The notes: generated by a model not told the origin, from the letters alone. DNA of 64,000 bases, filler included, from an uncultured bacterium (GCA_964371695.1; 12 parts of 12 records of this genome joined end to end with filler, not necessarily neighbours in it), one strand, 5' to 3'. Shown: positions 28,161 through 38,569, counted from the first letter of the whole stretch. Numbers and translations: made by a program.

Positions 28161-29201
28161 TTAACCGGCCTGGGCCGTGACCACCAGCACTTCCTGTTCA
28201 TCCTTGCTTACCGCCCGCGCCAAAACGTTCACCTTGTGGCCCTGGCGTTCCAGAATGCTGCTCTGGCCGTCAAAAGACGCGTCCAGCACCTTGCCCACCA
28301 CGTGGGGATTGAGCACAAAACGCACGTTTTTCAGGTCTTTAAGGCCGGTTTCAAGCCCCTCCTGCATCCACTGGGTCTTGCGCAACCGCCGCTCACCGGG
28401 GGGGTCAAACACCCATTCTTCCTCCCAGGGCCAGGGGTTGGCGCTGGGCCAGGCGATGACCTCGGCCCCCTCGGCGTCCAGCACCTGCGCCAGGGGCGTG
28501 AATCCCGGCTCGTGGTGGGTGTGCGCCACCGAAAAACCGTCATAACAGATGCACACCCCCAGTTTGCCCACGGGGGTTTGCAGGGGTTTTTGCGTGGCGG
28601 AGGCCTCGGCGGCCACACCCATCAGGTCTTCCTGCGTGGGCACCATGTTCACCTTGCGCACCGCCGACAGGCACTGCCCCTGGGGCGAAAACACATAGGC
28701 CGTGTTATAGAAGTGGCTGCTTTCCATTTCCGGTTCCGGCAAATCGCGGGTAGACGGCTTGACCGGACACATGGCGGCGCTGCCCGCCACCACCGTGGCC
28801 TGATGTCGGCTGGCGAAGCGTGAGAAGTGATCACGAATGCGCTGGTGCAGGTTGGGGGTGATCATGTAAAACACGGCTTCGTTCAGGTTGGTGGTGCCGC
28901 CCTGCACCATGGCCTTGAGCAGGTGCGGCGCCTTGCGCAGGGCCATGCGGCTGATGGCTTCTTCCACCGTTCCCCCCGACAGGTCAAAGCCCTTCAGCGC
29001 CGGTTGATCCGTGAGGGCCAGGAACGAACTGAAATATTCCGGGAACACCACCAGCGTCTGGCCCGGTGCGCCCTTGGGCAATTTGGCAAAAAGCGCGTCA
29101 GAGATTTCCGTCATCTTGCGGTCAAACGCCTGCTCGGAAAGATAATCCTCCACCCCCACGCGGGGCTGCACCGCCACCAGATTCAACACCTGCTCAGACA
29201 T
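28161..29201 (-). CDS. Carbon-nitrogen hydrolase (nitrilase superfamily)
   Basis: Catalytic triad motifs VFPEY, RKVNM and CICYDG. Confidence 0.85.
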   Translation of the reverse strand: MSEQVLNLVAVQPRVGVEDYLSEQAFDRKMTEISDALFAKLPKGAPGQTLVVFPEYFSSFLALTDQPALKGFDLSGGTVEEAISRMALRKAPHLLKAMVQGGTTNLNEAVFYMITPNLHQRIRDHFSRFASRHQATVVAGSAAMCPVKPSTRDLPEPEMESSHFYNTAYVFSPQGQCLSAVRKVNMVPTQEDLMGVAAEASATQKPLQTPVGKLGVCICYDGFSVAHTHHEPGFTPLAQVLDAEGAEVIAWPSANPWPWEEEWVFDPPGERRLRKTQWMQEGLETGLKDLKNVRFVLNPHVVGKVLDASFDGQSSILERQGHKVNVLARAVSKDEQEVLVVTAQAG

Positions 29202-29246
29202 GCTCAAGGCCCTCCGTTTGTTTCATGGAAACAGAAGAAACTTTAA

Positions 29247-29397
29247 CAGGGTGTTGACAAACACCCTGAAAAATCCATGGATGGATTTTACCGCTTGCAG
29301 GGGTTTCAAAAAACCCCTGCAAAAGCGCCGTTTTGCGAGAGCATTGCTTGAGCAAAACGGGTTGAGAAAGTCCAGGAAGGACTTTCTCAACATCCTG
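29247..29397. mobile_element. 151-bp MITE-like element, family B
   Basis: TIRs CAGGGTGTTGACAAA / TTTCTCAACATCCTG; same length and homologous to the inverted copy at 35973..36123. Confidence 0.8.
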
Positions 29398-29460
29398 ATA
29401 ACAGAGGCTGATTCAAATATCCCCTCCACTGACAAACAGTCCCCCTGTCATAATGCCCCC

Positions 29461-30366
29461 ATGCAAAGCGCTTGGCGCTGGAGCCGCAAAGCCCTGGAAC
29501 TGGCCCGCCAGCACCCTGCCGAAGCCCTGAAGGCGGCGGGGCTGTTCCTGATTCCAAATCTGTTCTGGGGAGCCATTTTCTACTGGCTCAATTTTTACAA
29601 CCCCTTTGTGGACTATGACCCCCTCAGCCGCACCGGGGCCAACACGGCGGTGAGCCTGGTGCTGGGCGCGCTGGCCATGCCGCTGGTGAGCGCGGCCTAT
29701 GGCGCTTATTACGGTTTCACGCTGGATGGCCGCCTGAACGCGAGGGATTATTTTTTCGGTCTCCAAAAACCGGTGAGCGCCGTGTTGTCGTTCTGGACCT
29801 CGGTGCTCATCACCATTGTGGGCATGGGGTTCATTGGCGGGGCGTCGGTGGTGTGGGCACTGCCGGTGCTGGCGGTGAGCGAAAAACCCTTCCCCCACAA
29901 TCTGCGGCTTTCCATTGGCCGGGGCACGCAGAACATCACCACGCTTTTGCACGCCATGGGGGTGATGGTGTGGCTGCTGCTGCTGGCGCTGGGGGGCATT
30001 GGCCTGTTTTCGGTCTGCCTGCTACTGCTGGAAAACGCTGGCGAACACCTGGGCCTGCTGATGGTGATTCTCTCACCCCTGCTGCTGCTGGCGTGGCTGA
30101 TGTTTCCCTTTGCCATGCTCACCCATTGCGTGGGCGTGCGCGACGAACTGGGCCTGCAACAAGGCCCCTTTGCCGGGCGGCTCAAACGCCACGAAGAAAA
30201 AAAGGAACGCCAGCGGCAGGCCGGGCGCGTGGCGGCCCCCCGGCCCTCCGGCCTCAAGGCCGCCAACACCCTGCTGTGTCAGGTGTGCGGCGAAGAAGTG
30301 CCCCGCGAGGCCCGTTTTTGCCCAGAGTGCCGCTCGCCCATTCAAGGCCCGGCTGCGACAAATTGA
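29461..30366 (+). CDS. Membrane protein with C-terminal zinc ribbon
   Basis: Several TM helices, then CQVCG...FCPECR; the ORF extension upstream of 29461 merely reads through a MITE. Confidence 0.75.
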   Translation: MQSAWRWSRKALELARQHPAEALKAAGLFLIPNLFWGAIFYWLNFYNPFVDYDPLSRTGANTAVSLVLGALAMPLVSAAYGAYYGFTLDGRLNARDYFFGLQKPVSAVLSFWTSVLITIVGMGFIGGASVVWALPVLAVSEKPFPHNLRLSIGRGTQNITTLLHAMGVMVWLLLLALGGIGLFSVCLLLLENAGEHLGLLMVILSPLLLLAWLMFPFAMLTHCVGVRDELGLQQGPFAGRLKRHEEKKERQRQAGRVAAPRPSGLKAANTLLCQVCGEEVPREARFCPECRSPIQGPAATN

Positions 30367-30390
30367 CCCACCGACGCTAACATCCACACC

Positions 30391-31320
30391 ATGCCGCCCC
30401 CACCCAACGAAACACTGGCCGCCGTGGACATCGGCAGCAACAGTGTGCGATTGTTGATCAAACAGGGCGAAAAGGTGCTGGCCCGTGAACTGGCCATCAC
30501 ACGCCTGGGCAAGGGCCTGGGAGACGGCAAGGCGCTCGTGACCGCTTCGCGCAACATGGCCGAAACCCTGCGGGCGCTCAAGCATTTCCACCACCTGATG
30601 GAGGAACACCATGTGTCCCGTTACCGCGCCATCGCCACGGCAGCGGTGCGCGAGCATCCCCACCGCGCCGAGCTGCTGCTGGCGCTGGAAGACGCGGGTC
30701 TTTCCGTGGAGGTCATTCCCGCAAGCGAAGAAGCCGAGCTGGCCTATGAAGGGGCCACGCAAGACAAATCCGCCCCCGTGTGGGTGCTGGATATTGGCGG
30801 CGGTAGCACCGAACTGGCCACACCGGCGGGCGCGGAACTCTGGCGCAACAGCTTCGCCCTGGGCTCTGTGCGGCTGCGGGAAATGTTCCTGAAATCAGAC
30901 CCGCCCACGCCGGCGGAACTCTCGGCCATGCAGGAACACATCCGGGCCACACTGGCGGCAAAAGTTCCCCAGGCCGTTGTGGCGGAAGCTGCCGGGCGAC
31001 CCCTGATTGGCGTGGCGGGCACCATCACCACGCTGTGCCAGATCAAGCGGGAACTGGTGGTGTTTGACCCCGACGAAATTCATGGCGTGGTGCTGAGCCA
31101 CGCCGAGGTCACCGCCCTCTACGACAAACTCAACACCCTGCCGGTGTGGGAACGCTCCAATTTGCCGGGCCTGCCCATGGAACGGGCCGACGTAATCAAC
31201 GCGGGGGCGGCCATTCTGCTGGGCGTGATGGACCTGCTGGACAAAAACAGCATCACCGTCAGTTGCCTGGACAACCTGGACGCCGTCATCACGCGGCTGG
31301 CGGCGGAAACAAGATCATGA
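30391..31320 (+). CDS. ppx: Ppx/GppA family exopolyphosphatase
   Basis: VDIGSNSVRL, ATAAVRE, EEAELAY and DIGGGSTE motifs. Confidence 0.92.
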   Translation: MPPPPNETLAAVDIGSNSVRLLIKQGEKVLARELAITRLGKGLGDGKALVTASRNMAETLRALKHFHHLMEEHHVSRYRAIATAAVREHPHRAELLLALEDAGLSVEVIPASEEAELAYEGATQDKSAPVWVLDIGGGSTELATPAGAELWRNSFALGSVRLREMFLKSDPPTPAELSAMQEHIRATLAAKVPQAVVAEAAGRPLIGVAGTITTLCQIKRELVVFDPDEIHGVVLSHAEVTALYDKLNTLPVWERSNLPGLPMERADVINAGAAILLGVMDLLDKNSITVSCLDNLDAVITRLAAETRS

Positions 31321-31811
31321 TGCTCGTGGGGGTGGACCCTGGTTATGGCCGCACCGGCGTGGCGGTGCTCTCGGCGGCCAACACACAGGGTGTGCGGCAC
31401 CTGGAACTCATCGAAACCTCCCCTGCCCTGCCCCCCGAACAACGCCTGCGGGAAGTCTTTGAGAACCTTACACGCATCGTCGCCGCCTTTGCCCCCACTC
31501 ACATGGCCATCGAGCGGCTCTTTCATGGCAAAAATGCCAAAACAGTCATTGGCGTGGCCGAGGCCCGCGGCGTGGCATTGCTGGTGGCGGCGCAGCACAA
31601 CCTGAAGGTGATGGAGTTCACCCCCATGCAGATCAAACAAAGCGTGGCCGGTTTTGGCGGAGCCGACAAAGATCAGGTGGCCAAAATGCTGGCGCTGACG
31701 CTGCAACTGCCCACGCAGATTTGGATTGACGACGTGACCGACGCGCTGGCGGTGGCTTTTACCGGCGTGGTGAGCGGCCCGGTGCTGGAACAGATGGAGG
31801 AGCGCCGATGA
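31317..31811 (+). CDS. ruvC: Holliday junction resolvase RuvC
   Basis: GVDPG, AIERLF, GFGGADKDQV and DDVTDALAVA motifs. Confidence 0.95.
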   Translation: MMLVGVDPGYGRTGVAVLSAANTQGVRHLELIETSPALPPEQRLREVFENLTRIVAAFAPTHMAIERLFHGKNAKTVIGVAEARGVALLVAAQHNLKVMEFTPMQIKQSVAGFGGADKDQVAKMLALTLQLPTQIWIDDVTDALAVAFTGVVSGPVLEQMEERR

Positions 31812-32234
31812 TCGGTTTTTTGCAGGGCGTGGTGCTGCACCGCGAAGAAGAAGTGCTGCTGGTGCGGGCCGGTGAAGTGGGTTATGAAGTCACCGTCACC
31901 GCTGGTGTGCTGGCCCACCTGCACGGCCACGAAACCATCTGCCTTTACATTCACACCCACCAGCCCCAGGGCTTCGCCCCCATGCTGTTCGGTTTTCACA
32001 CACTGGTAGAGCGGCGGCTTTTCCGCGAACTCATCGAGGTGAACACCGTGGGGCCGAAGATGGCCATCAGGGTGCTGGCAATGCCCTTTGGCGAGTTGCT
32101 CAGCGCCATTGCCCGCAAGGACGTGGCCCTGCTTACGTCCGTGAAGGGCCTGGGCAAAAAAACCGCCGAAAAAATCTGCCTGGACCTGGCGGACAAAGTG
32201 GCCCAGTTCAGCGACACCCCCCTGAGCACCACAC
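31808..32234 (+). CDS. ruvA: Holliday junction DNA-binding protein RuvA, 3' truncated
   Basis: MIGFLQG, VGYEV, VGPKMA and GLGKKTAEKI motifs. Confidence 0.95.
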
Positions 32235-32334
32235 NNNNNNNNNNNNNNNNNNNNNNNNNNNNNNNNNNNNNNNNNNNNTTAATTAATTAANNNNNNNNNN
32301 NNNNNNNNNNNNNNNNNNNNNNNNNNNNNNNNNN

Positions 32335-32623
32335 CCGCGAGGCTGTGAAAGGGGCCCAGGTGATTTACACCGACGTGTGGTTCAGCATGGGCGACGCCCT
32401 GCAGAAGCTGAATCAGCGGCCCTCGTTCGAGCCGTTCCGCCTCACCCGCAGCCTGCTGCAACAGGCCCACCCGGATGCCGTGGTGATGCACTGCCTGCCC
32501 GCCCACACCGGCGATGAAATCGCCCTGGACCTGTTTGAGGATCAGGCGGACTTCATCTTTTTGCAGGCCCACAACCGTTTGCAGGTGCAGATGGCGCTGA
32601 TGGGGTTTATGATGGGCTGTTAG
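32335..32623 (+). CDS. argF: Ornithine carbamoyltransferase, C-terminal fragment
   Basis: YTDVWFSMG, MHCLPAH and QAHNRL motifs. Confidence 0.9.
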
Positions 32624-32661
32624 CGAAAGGGTTTCCCGGCTTCAAAGCCCGCCAAAAGCCC

Positions 32662-33819
32662 ATGAACCAATTCACCTCCATCAAGGTACAAGGATTCCGG
32701 CGGCTGAACGATTTCAGCTTGAGCCTCAGGCCGTTCAATGTCCTGGTGGGTGAAAATGGGGTCGGGAAATCCACGCTTCTGGATATTTTTAACCTGTTAA
32801 GCGCAGCGGCAAAGGGTGGGCTGGCAGATTACATCTCCAGGTTAGGTGGGATTTCTTCTGTTCTTTCGTTTGGAGAGGCTCGCAAGATGACTATTTGTGT
32901 TGAACATGCTTGGGAAGATGAAGTTGGTAGGGATATTTATCAATATTCGCTTTCGTTTAGGGGGGATATTGGGGGTGGATATAGGATTGTTGCAGAACAT
33001 CTTGATATGGAAAGCAGAGGAGATCCAATAATTAAGTTGTTTAACAGAATAAACAATGAACTTCATTATTCTGGTTTTGATCAAGGAGGAATGGTTAGAA
33101 AAGTTAGTTGGCCAATTAATTACACAGAGGCGATGATTAGTCAATGCCCCAAAGATGATATTTATGTAGAAGCTTTTCACAGTTACCTCGCCAGTTTTTC
33201 TTCCGTCCACGAACTGGATGTTTCAATCCGAGCACCTGTTCGTCTGCCACAGCACCTGGAACCAGCGACCTTCCCTGGTGAAGATGGTGAATGGTTGGCT
33301 TCTTTTCTTTATTCCTTAAAAGAAAACAACGATCCGGCCTTTGAAAAGGTGTCGGATGCCCTGCGGGCGGCTTTTCCAACCTTTGAAAGGCTTGAATTTC
33401 CTCCGGTGGCGGCTGGCATCATCGCATTGGCTTGGCGCGAGAAAGGACGAAAAACCCCTTTTTACGCCAACCAGTTGTCTGAGGGGACGCTCCGCTTTTT
33501 GTGGCTGGCCGCCTTGCTGGCAAAACCCAAATCAGCCATTACTTTGGTTGATGAGCCTGAAGTCAGCATGCACCCGGAGATGCTGTCCCTGCTGGTTGGG
33601 TTGATGCGAGAAGCCAGCCAGCAGACACAACTGATTGTGGTGACACACTCCGACACCCTCGTTAGGTTTCTTGAGCCGGATGAACTGGTGGTGTTTGAAA
33701 TGGATGAAGCGGGTTGCGCCACAGCAAAGCGGGGGAGCGAATGCGATGTTGAAGACTGGCTTGCCGATTATTCATTGGGTGAACTTTGGAAAATGGGCCG
33801 TCTCGGAGGACGGGCTTGA
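32662..33819 (+). CDS. ABC/SMC-like ATPase (AAA_21 type)
   Basis: Walker A GENGVGKS, signature LSEGT, Walker B LVDEPE, H-loop VTHS, C-terminal LGELWKMGRLGG. Confidence 0.9.
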   Translation: MNQFTSIKVQGFRRLNDFSLSLRPFNVLVGENGVGKSTLLDIFNLLSAAAKGGLADYISRLGGISSVLSFGEARKMTICVEHAWEDEVGRDIYQYSLSFRGDIGGGYRIVAEHLDMESRGDPIIKLFNRINNELHYSGFDQGGMVRKVSWPINYTEAMISQCPKDDIYVEAFHSYLASFSSVHELDVSIRAPVRLPQHLEPATFPGEDGEWLASFLYSLKENNDPAFEKVSDALRAAFPTFERLEFPPVAAGIIALAWREKGRKTPFYANQLSEGTLRFLWLAALLAKPKSAITLVDEPEVSMHPEMLSLLVGLMREASQQTQLIVVTHSDTLVRFLEPDELVVFEMDEAGCATAKRGSECDVEDWLADYSLGELWKMGRLGGRA

Positions 33820-34415
33820 AAATAGGTATTCTTGTAGAAGGGCCAACTGAAAAAGTCTTTTTGCTGCACTTGAGAAAATTTTTGCAGGCGCGGGTTCAGC
33901 AAATGCCGAAGTTTGAATCGGTGTGTTACAATGGGCGTATCCCGACAGGAGACAGGCTTAAGCGGGATGTTAACCGCCTCCTTGATGGGACCTGTGATCA
34001 TGTAATCGCAATTACAGATGTGTATGTCGGCGATAGAAAAGTTTTTAAAAATGCTGAAGACGCCAAGGCCAAAATGAATGCCTGGGTAGGTCAGAACAGG
34101 CATTTTCATCCGCATGCGGCACAGTTTGAGTTCGAGGCATGGTTGTTGCCATTTTGGCCCCGGATTCAAAAACTGGCTGGATCTACTCGAAACATGCCCG
34201 CGTCGAATCCGGAACTTGTCAATCACATGACGCCCCCCTCGAAGTTACTGATCGAGGTGTTTCAGCGTGGAAACAAAGGCCGAGCCTACGTGAAGCTCAG
34301 AGATACAGCGAAAATTTTGGAAGAACAGGATTTGATGGTTGCTATTACGGCTTGTGGAGAGTTAAGAGCTTTGGTCAACACGATCCTTTGTCTGTGTGAT
34401 GCTCCAGAAGTGTGA
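33816..34415 (+). CDS. TOPRIM-like putative nuclease (DUF4276-type)
   Basis: TTG start overlaps the ATPase TGA; ILVEGPTE, ITDVY and EFEAWLL motifs. Confidence 0.8.
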   Translation: MKIGILVEGPTEKVFLLHLRKFLQARVQQMPKFESVCYNGRIPTGDRLKRDVNRLLDGTCDHVIAITDVYVGDRKVFKNAEDAKAKMNAWVGQNRHFHPHAAQFEFEAWLLPFWPRIQKLAGSTRNMPASNPELVNHMTPPSKLLIEVFQRGNKGRAYVKLRDTAKILEEQDLMVAITACGELRALVNTILCLCDAPEV

Positions 34416-34505
34416 AAAGGTTTTTTGCGCGGGGTACAAGCGATGTCCCGAAAGGCTGCATTTTTTGGTAGGTCTGGTTTGGTGCGTTAGAGTTGCTTCG
34501 CCGGA

Positions 34506-35972
34506 ATGACCCGTAAAAACATCGTGCTGGTGCAGCCCATTGTGGGCTACATGGACTACATGCGAAGCGCTCCCACGCTGCCGCTGGCGCTCTTGCACGC
34601 CTGTTCCCACGCGGCGCGGGATTACGAAATTCGCCTGCTGGACCTGCGGGTGACGCCCGATTTTCAGGCGGAACTGAACCGGCTGGTGGACAGCCACACC
34701 CTGCTGGTGGGCATGACCGGCTTCACCGGCCCCATGCTGAGGGAACTGTTGAAGGTGGCGCGCTACCTAAAAGAAAGCGGTTGCACCGTGCCCCTGGTGT
34801 GGGGGGGCATTCACGCCAGCCTGTTGCCCGAAGAAACCCTGCGGGATGAGCTGGTGGACATGGTGGTGGAGGGGGAGGGGGAGTTCACCCTGCACGAACT
34901 GGCCGGACGCCTGGAGCGGGGCGAAAGCCTGGAAAACCTGCCCGGTGTGCATTTCAAGCTGCCAGGCGGCCAAATGGTGCGCGGTCCCAAGCGCCCATTG
35001 GGCAAGCTGGATGAAATGGCCGAACCGGCCTATGACGTGGTGGACGTGCGGCGTTATCTGCCGCTCTATCAGGGCCAGCGCTCGTTGTTCATGCAGGCCA
35101 GCCGGGGGTGTCCGTTCCCCTGCACCTATTGCTACAACGTGGTGTTCAACAACCAGAAGTGGCGGTTTCTGAGTGCTCAGGAGGTGCTGCGGCGGGTGGG
35201 GCACGCCCGCCGGGCGTTTGGCGCAGAAAACATCTATTTCGTGGATGACAATTTTTTCATTCACCTCAAGCGGGGCCAGGAAATCATGGAGGGGTTCAAG
35301 CAGTGGGACGGCCTGACCTGGCAGGTGCAGGGGGTGGACATCAGTTATCTGCGCCGCATGGATGACAACTACATCCGCCTGATGATCGAGTCGGGCTGCA
35401 CCCGCATCACCATGGGGGTGGAAAGCGGTAGCCAGCGCCTGCGGGACATCATGCGCAAACCGGGCACGGTGGAGGAAATCATCCGCACCGTCGAGCGACT
35501 GGCCCGGCATAACATCATCATCTATTGCAGTTTCATTGTGGGGGCCCCCGCCGAAACCCTCGAGGACCTGCGCGAAACGGTCAAACTCATCTTTCGCCTG
35601 CACCAGATCAACCCCAACGTGCGCACCAGCCCGCTTTACAACTACACCCCCTATCCGGGCACACAAATGTATACCGAGGCCATTCAGGCGGGTTTTCAGC
35701 CCCCCGCCTCGCTGGAGGACTGGGCCGACATGAGTTTTGAAACCTGCACCCGCGTGTGGAAAAAACAGTGGGACGAAGCCTTTTTGCAGTCGTTGTACCT
35801 CACCAGCCTGATGGTGGACCGCAAGGCCGAGGAATATTCCGAAAGCCGCCTCATGCGTCTGGCGGCCAAAATGTATCGCCCCGTGGCCCGGTTTCGCCTG
35901 AAACACCTCTATTTCGGGGCCATGGCCGAGCGCCTGGTGGCCCAGCGCATGCTTTCTCCCAAGCTTGTATAA
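34506..35972 (+). CDS. Cobalamin-binding radical SAM protein
   Basis: VWGGIHAS and VEGEGE (B12-binding domain); SRGCPFPCTYC; GVESGS. Confidence 0.92.
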   Translation: MTRKNIVLVQPIVGYMDYMRSAPTLPLALLHACSHAARDYEIRLLDLRVTPDFQAELNRLVDSHTLLVGMTGFTGPMLRELLKVARYLKESGCTVPLVWGGIHASLLPEETLRDELVDMVVEGEGEFTLHELAGRLERGESLENLPGVHFKLPGGQMVRGPKRPLGKLDEMAEPAYDVVDVRRYLPLYQGQRSLFMQASRGCPFPCTYCYNVVFNNQKWRFLSAQEVLRRVGHARRAFGAENIYFVDDNFFIHLKRGQEIMEGFKQWDGLTWQVQGVDISYLRRMDDNYIRLMIESGCTRITMGVESGSQRLRDIMRKPGTVEEIIRTVERLARHNIIIYCSFIVGAPAETLEDLRETVKLIFRLHQINPNVRTSPLYNYTPYPGTQMYTEAIQAGFQPPASLEDWADMSFETCTRVWKKQWDEAFLQSLYLTSLMVDRKAEEYSESRLMRLAAKMYRPVARFRLKHLYFGAMAERLVAQRMLSPKLV

Positions 35973-36123
35973 CAGTGTGTTGAAAAAGTCCGTCCTAGAC
36001 TTTTTCAACCGGTTTCGCTTGGGCAAAGCCCGCGCCAAACCGCGCTTTTGCTGGGGGGTTGAAAAACCCCCAGCAAGCGGAAAATCCATCCGTGGATTTT
36101 TCAGGGTGTTTATAAACACCCTG
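35973..36123. mobile_element. 151-bp MITE-like element, family B (inverted relative to 29247..29397)
   Basis: Starts immediately after the TAA of the radical SAM gene; TIRs CAGTGTGTTGAAAAA / TTTATAAACACCCTG. Confidence 0.8.
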
Positions 36124-36203
36124 CTAAGCGCCAGCGCCCTCGGTTTTGGGTGGTGAAGGCAGTCATTTTTTCCGGCTGCCGGGCGCGGGTAAACTACGGG
36201 GGC

Positions 36204-37600
36204 GTGTCCGGCTTCAAAAACGACAAGACCGTGCGCCTCTTTATTGAGGAGGCCCAGGAGATTGTGGAAGGCTCTGAACAATTGTTCATGGAGCTGGAAG
36301 GGGGCGACTATGACCCCGACACCATCAACGAAATCGGCCGCAAGCTGCACACCCTCAAGGGCAGCGGCGCGCTGATCGGTTTCACGCAGATGAGCCACAT
36401 CGCCCACGTGGTGGAGGACATCTTTGAAAAGGTCAAATCGGGCAATGACCGGCTGAACGAAGAAGAGTTCGCGTTCATCTTTGCCGCCATGGACAAGGTG
36501 AAGCGCCTGATTGAGGCGGTGGTGGAGACGGGGGATGAAGAAGACACCGGCCCGCCTTTGCCGCCTTTGCCGGGTGGCGGCGGGGGTGCTCCGGCGGAGC
36601 ATGCCGTGTTTGAGGCAGAACCGGAGCCAGCGCCGGTGGTTGCTGCGCCTGCGCCGGTATCCACGGTGAGCGCCGAGGGATTTGAGCGGGCGCGGTTTGG
36701 CACACCGGCCTTCCGTATGTTCTACGAAGAGTTTTTTGAAGAGGCCGAGAACCTGCTGGTGTCGGTGGAACAGGTGCTGATGATGTTCGGTATCCAGGTG
36801 GACGCCAGCCGCCTGGTGAGCGAAACCCAGCGGGCGCTGGACACCCTGCGCCAATACGCCGTCATGCTGGGGCAGAGCGACCTGGCGGAAATCTGCCACG
36901 AACTGGTGAGCGTGCTGAAACTTACCTCCAGCGGTGTGGTGAAGCTCACCGAGGAACTGGTGGACGCGCTGTTTCCGCTGGTCACCAGCGCCAAGGTGGT
37001 GCTGGAGGCCATGGACCGCCAGGAGCAGAGCGGCCAGGACTATCAGTCACAAATCAAGGCCCTGATGCGGTTTTTGCCCGAAGTGGTGCAGAAAAGTCGC
37101 ATGCAAAGCCCTGATGCGGCGGGCGAAGTGTTCGGCCATCTGTCCACACGATTCAGTGGGGCGGAGTTGCTGACCCCTTATGAGCGCCGCCGTGTGCTGG
37201 AGGAACAGATCAACGGCTGTCAGATTGTGGAAGCGTTTCTGGACCTCGGCCCGGACTGCATCCGCCGGGGGTTTCACCCCCGCGAGTTTGCGGTGAACGT
37301 GGAGCAGGGGGGGCAGGTGCTGGCCTGTCTGCCCATTGTGAAGCAGGGCGAGACGGGCCGGGAGCGGTTCTGGATGCTGGTGGCGGCGGCGGATGACCCC
37401 CAGCGGGTGATCGAGCAGTTCCAGTTCATTGCCGATCTTGGCCCCATCACCACCAACGTGCTCACGCTCTCAAGCGGCGATACCGAAAAGAAATATGAAG
37501 CTCACCGCAAAAAGGTAGAAGCCATGCCGCCCCCGGCGGCGGGGGGGGCGCCCCCCGCGGGCCAACCCGCCCCCGGGGGGGGCCCCCCCCCCGCCGCCCC
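36204..37600 (+). CDS. cheA: CheA-like chemotaxis kinase, N-terminal part (Hpt, second Hpt-like domain, P2-like region), 3' truncated
   Basis: LFIEEAQEIV and RKLHTLKGSGALIGF Hpt motifs; kinase domain not within the contig. Confidence 0.75.
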
Positions 37601-37700
37601 NNNNNNNNNNNNNNNNNNNNNNNNNNNNNNNNNNNNNNNNNNNNTTAATTAATTAANNNNNNNNNNNNNNNNNNNNNNNNNNNNNNNNNNNNNNNNNNNN

Positions 37701-38569
37701 GGGCGGTTGAGCGCCTCGCTGATCACCCCTTGCCTGCCCAGCAGCCCCACAGACTCTGAGAGCACTTCTATTTTTAGCGGCGCGCCCACCTGGGCCCCCA
37801 GCGTGAGAGTGAGCACCACCGAGCTGGTGAGCATGTGGGCCCAGTCGGCGGGGGCGACTTCTTCCATGCTGCGGATGTTCAGGGATTGGCCCAGATAATT
37901 TTCCACAGCGGCGGTGTCGGCTTTTTGTCCCTCGCCCACGCCCAGCAGGGTCCAGCCTTCGGCTTCTTTTTTCAGCTTCACCGAGCCGCTCGCGCTTTGC
38001 AGGTTCAAAGACACCACGTCCTCTTTGTTCAAGTCTCCAAACAGGCGTTTTTCACGGAATTCCAGCGGCATGCGGTCCAGTTCCCCCCGGATGGATTCAC
38101 GGTAGAGATACACCCCCGGCCGCCCCTTGAACTGAAGGTAATTGCCCTGATACCCCACACCCGGATTGCCCACCTTCAGCGAGGCCAGGGTTTTGGCCCC
38201 TTTGTAAAACACCAGCTCCACCAACTGGGCTTTGTCCAGGCCATAACGCTTCAGGTCTTTGCCCTCGGAGATCATTTCGCTGGTGCTCAAATCCCGCAAT
38301 TTGGCCGCCACGGGCGCTACCTGGGAATCATCGGCGTCTACCCATTCGCCGTTCAGATTCACCTTCCAGCGGGCGCCCGACAGTTTCAGCTCGGTGACTT
38401 TGCCCGGCCCGGTCACCTTGAAGCGGTCAAAGTCATTTTTTTTCGCTTCAAACAGCGCCACGGTTTCGGGGGCCGCGCCCATGCGGTCTACGGGACGGGT
38501 GCGCCAATAAAGCAGCAGCAGCAACACCCCCAGCACGGCAAACAGTTTGGCCAGCGTGGCTGATTTCAC
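37701..38569 (-). CDS. DUF4340-type membrane-anchored protein, 3' truncated
   Basis: N-terminal TM anchor, DLKRYGLD, FREKRLF; follows a GldG-like gene. Confidence 0.7.

Noticed and set aside
32662..34415. Retron or RM association of the ATPase pair
   Set aside because: No reverse transcriptase, methyltransferase or ncRNA-sized gap nearby; both flanks are ordinary host genes.
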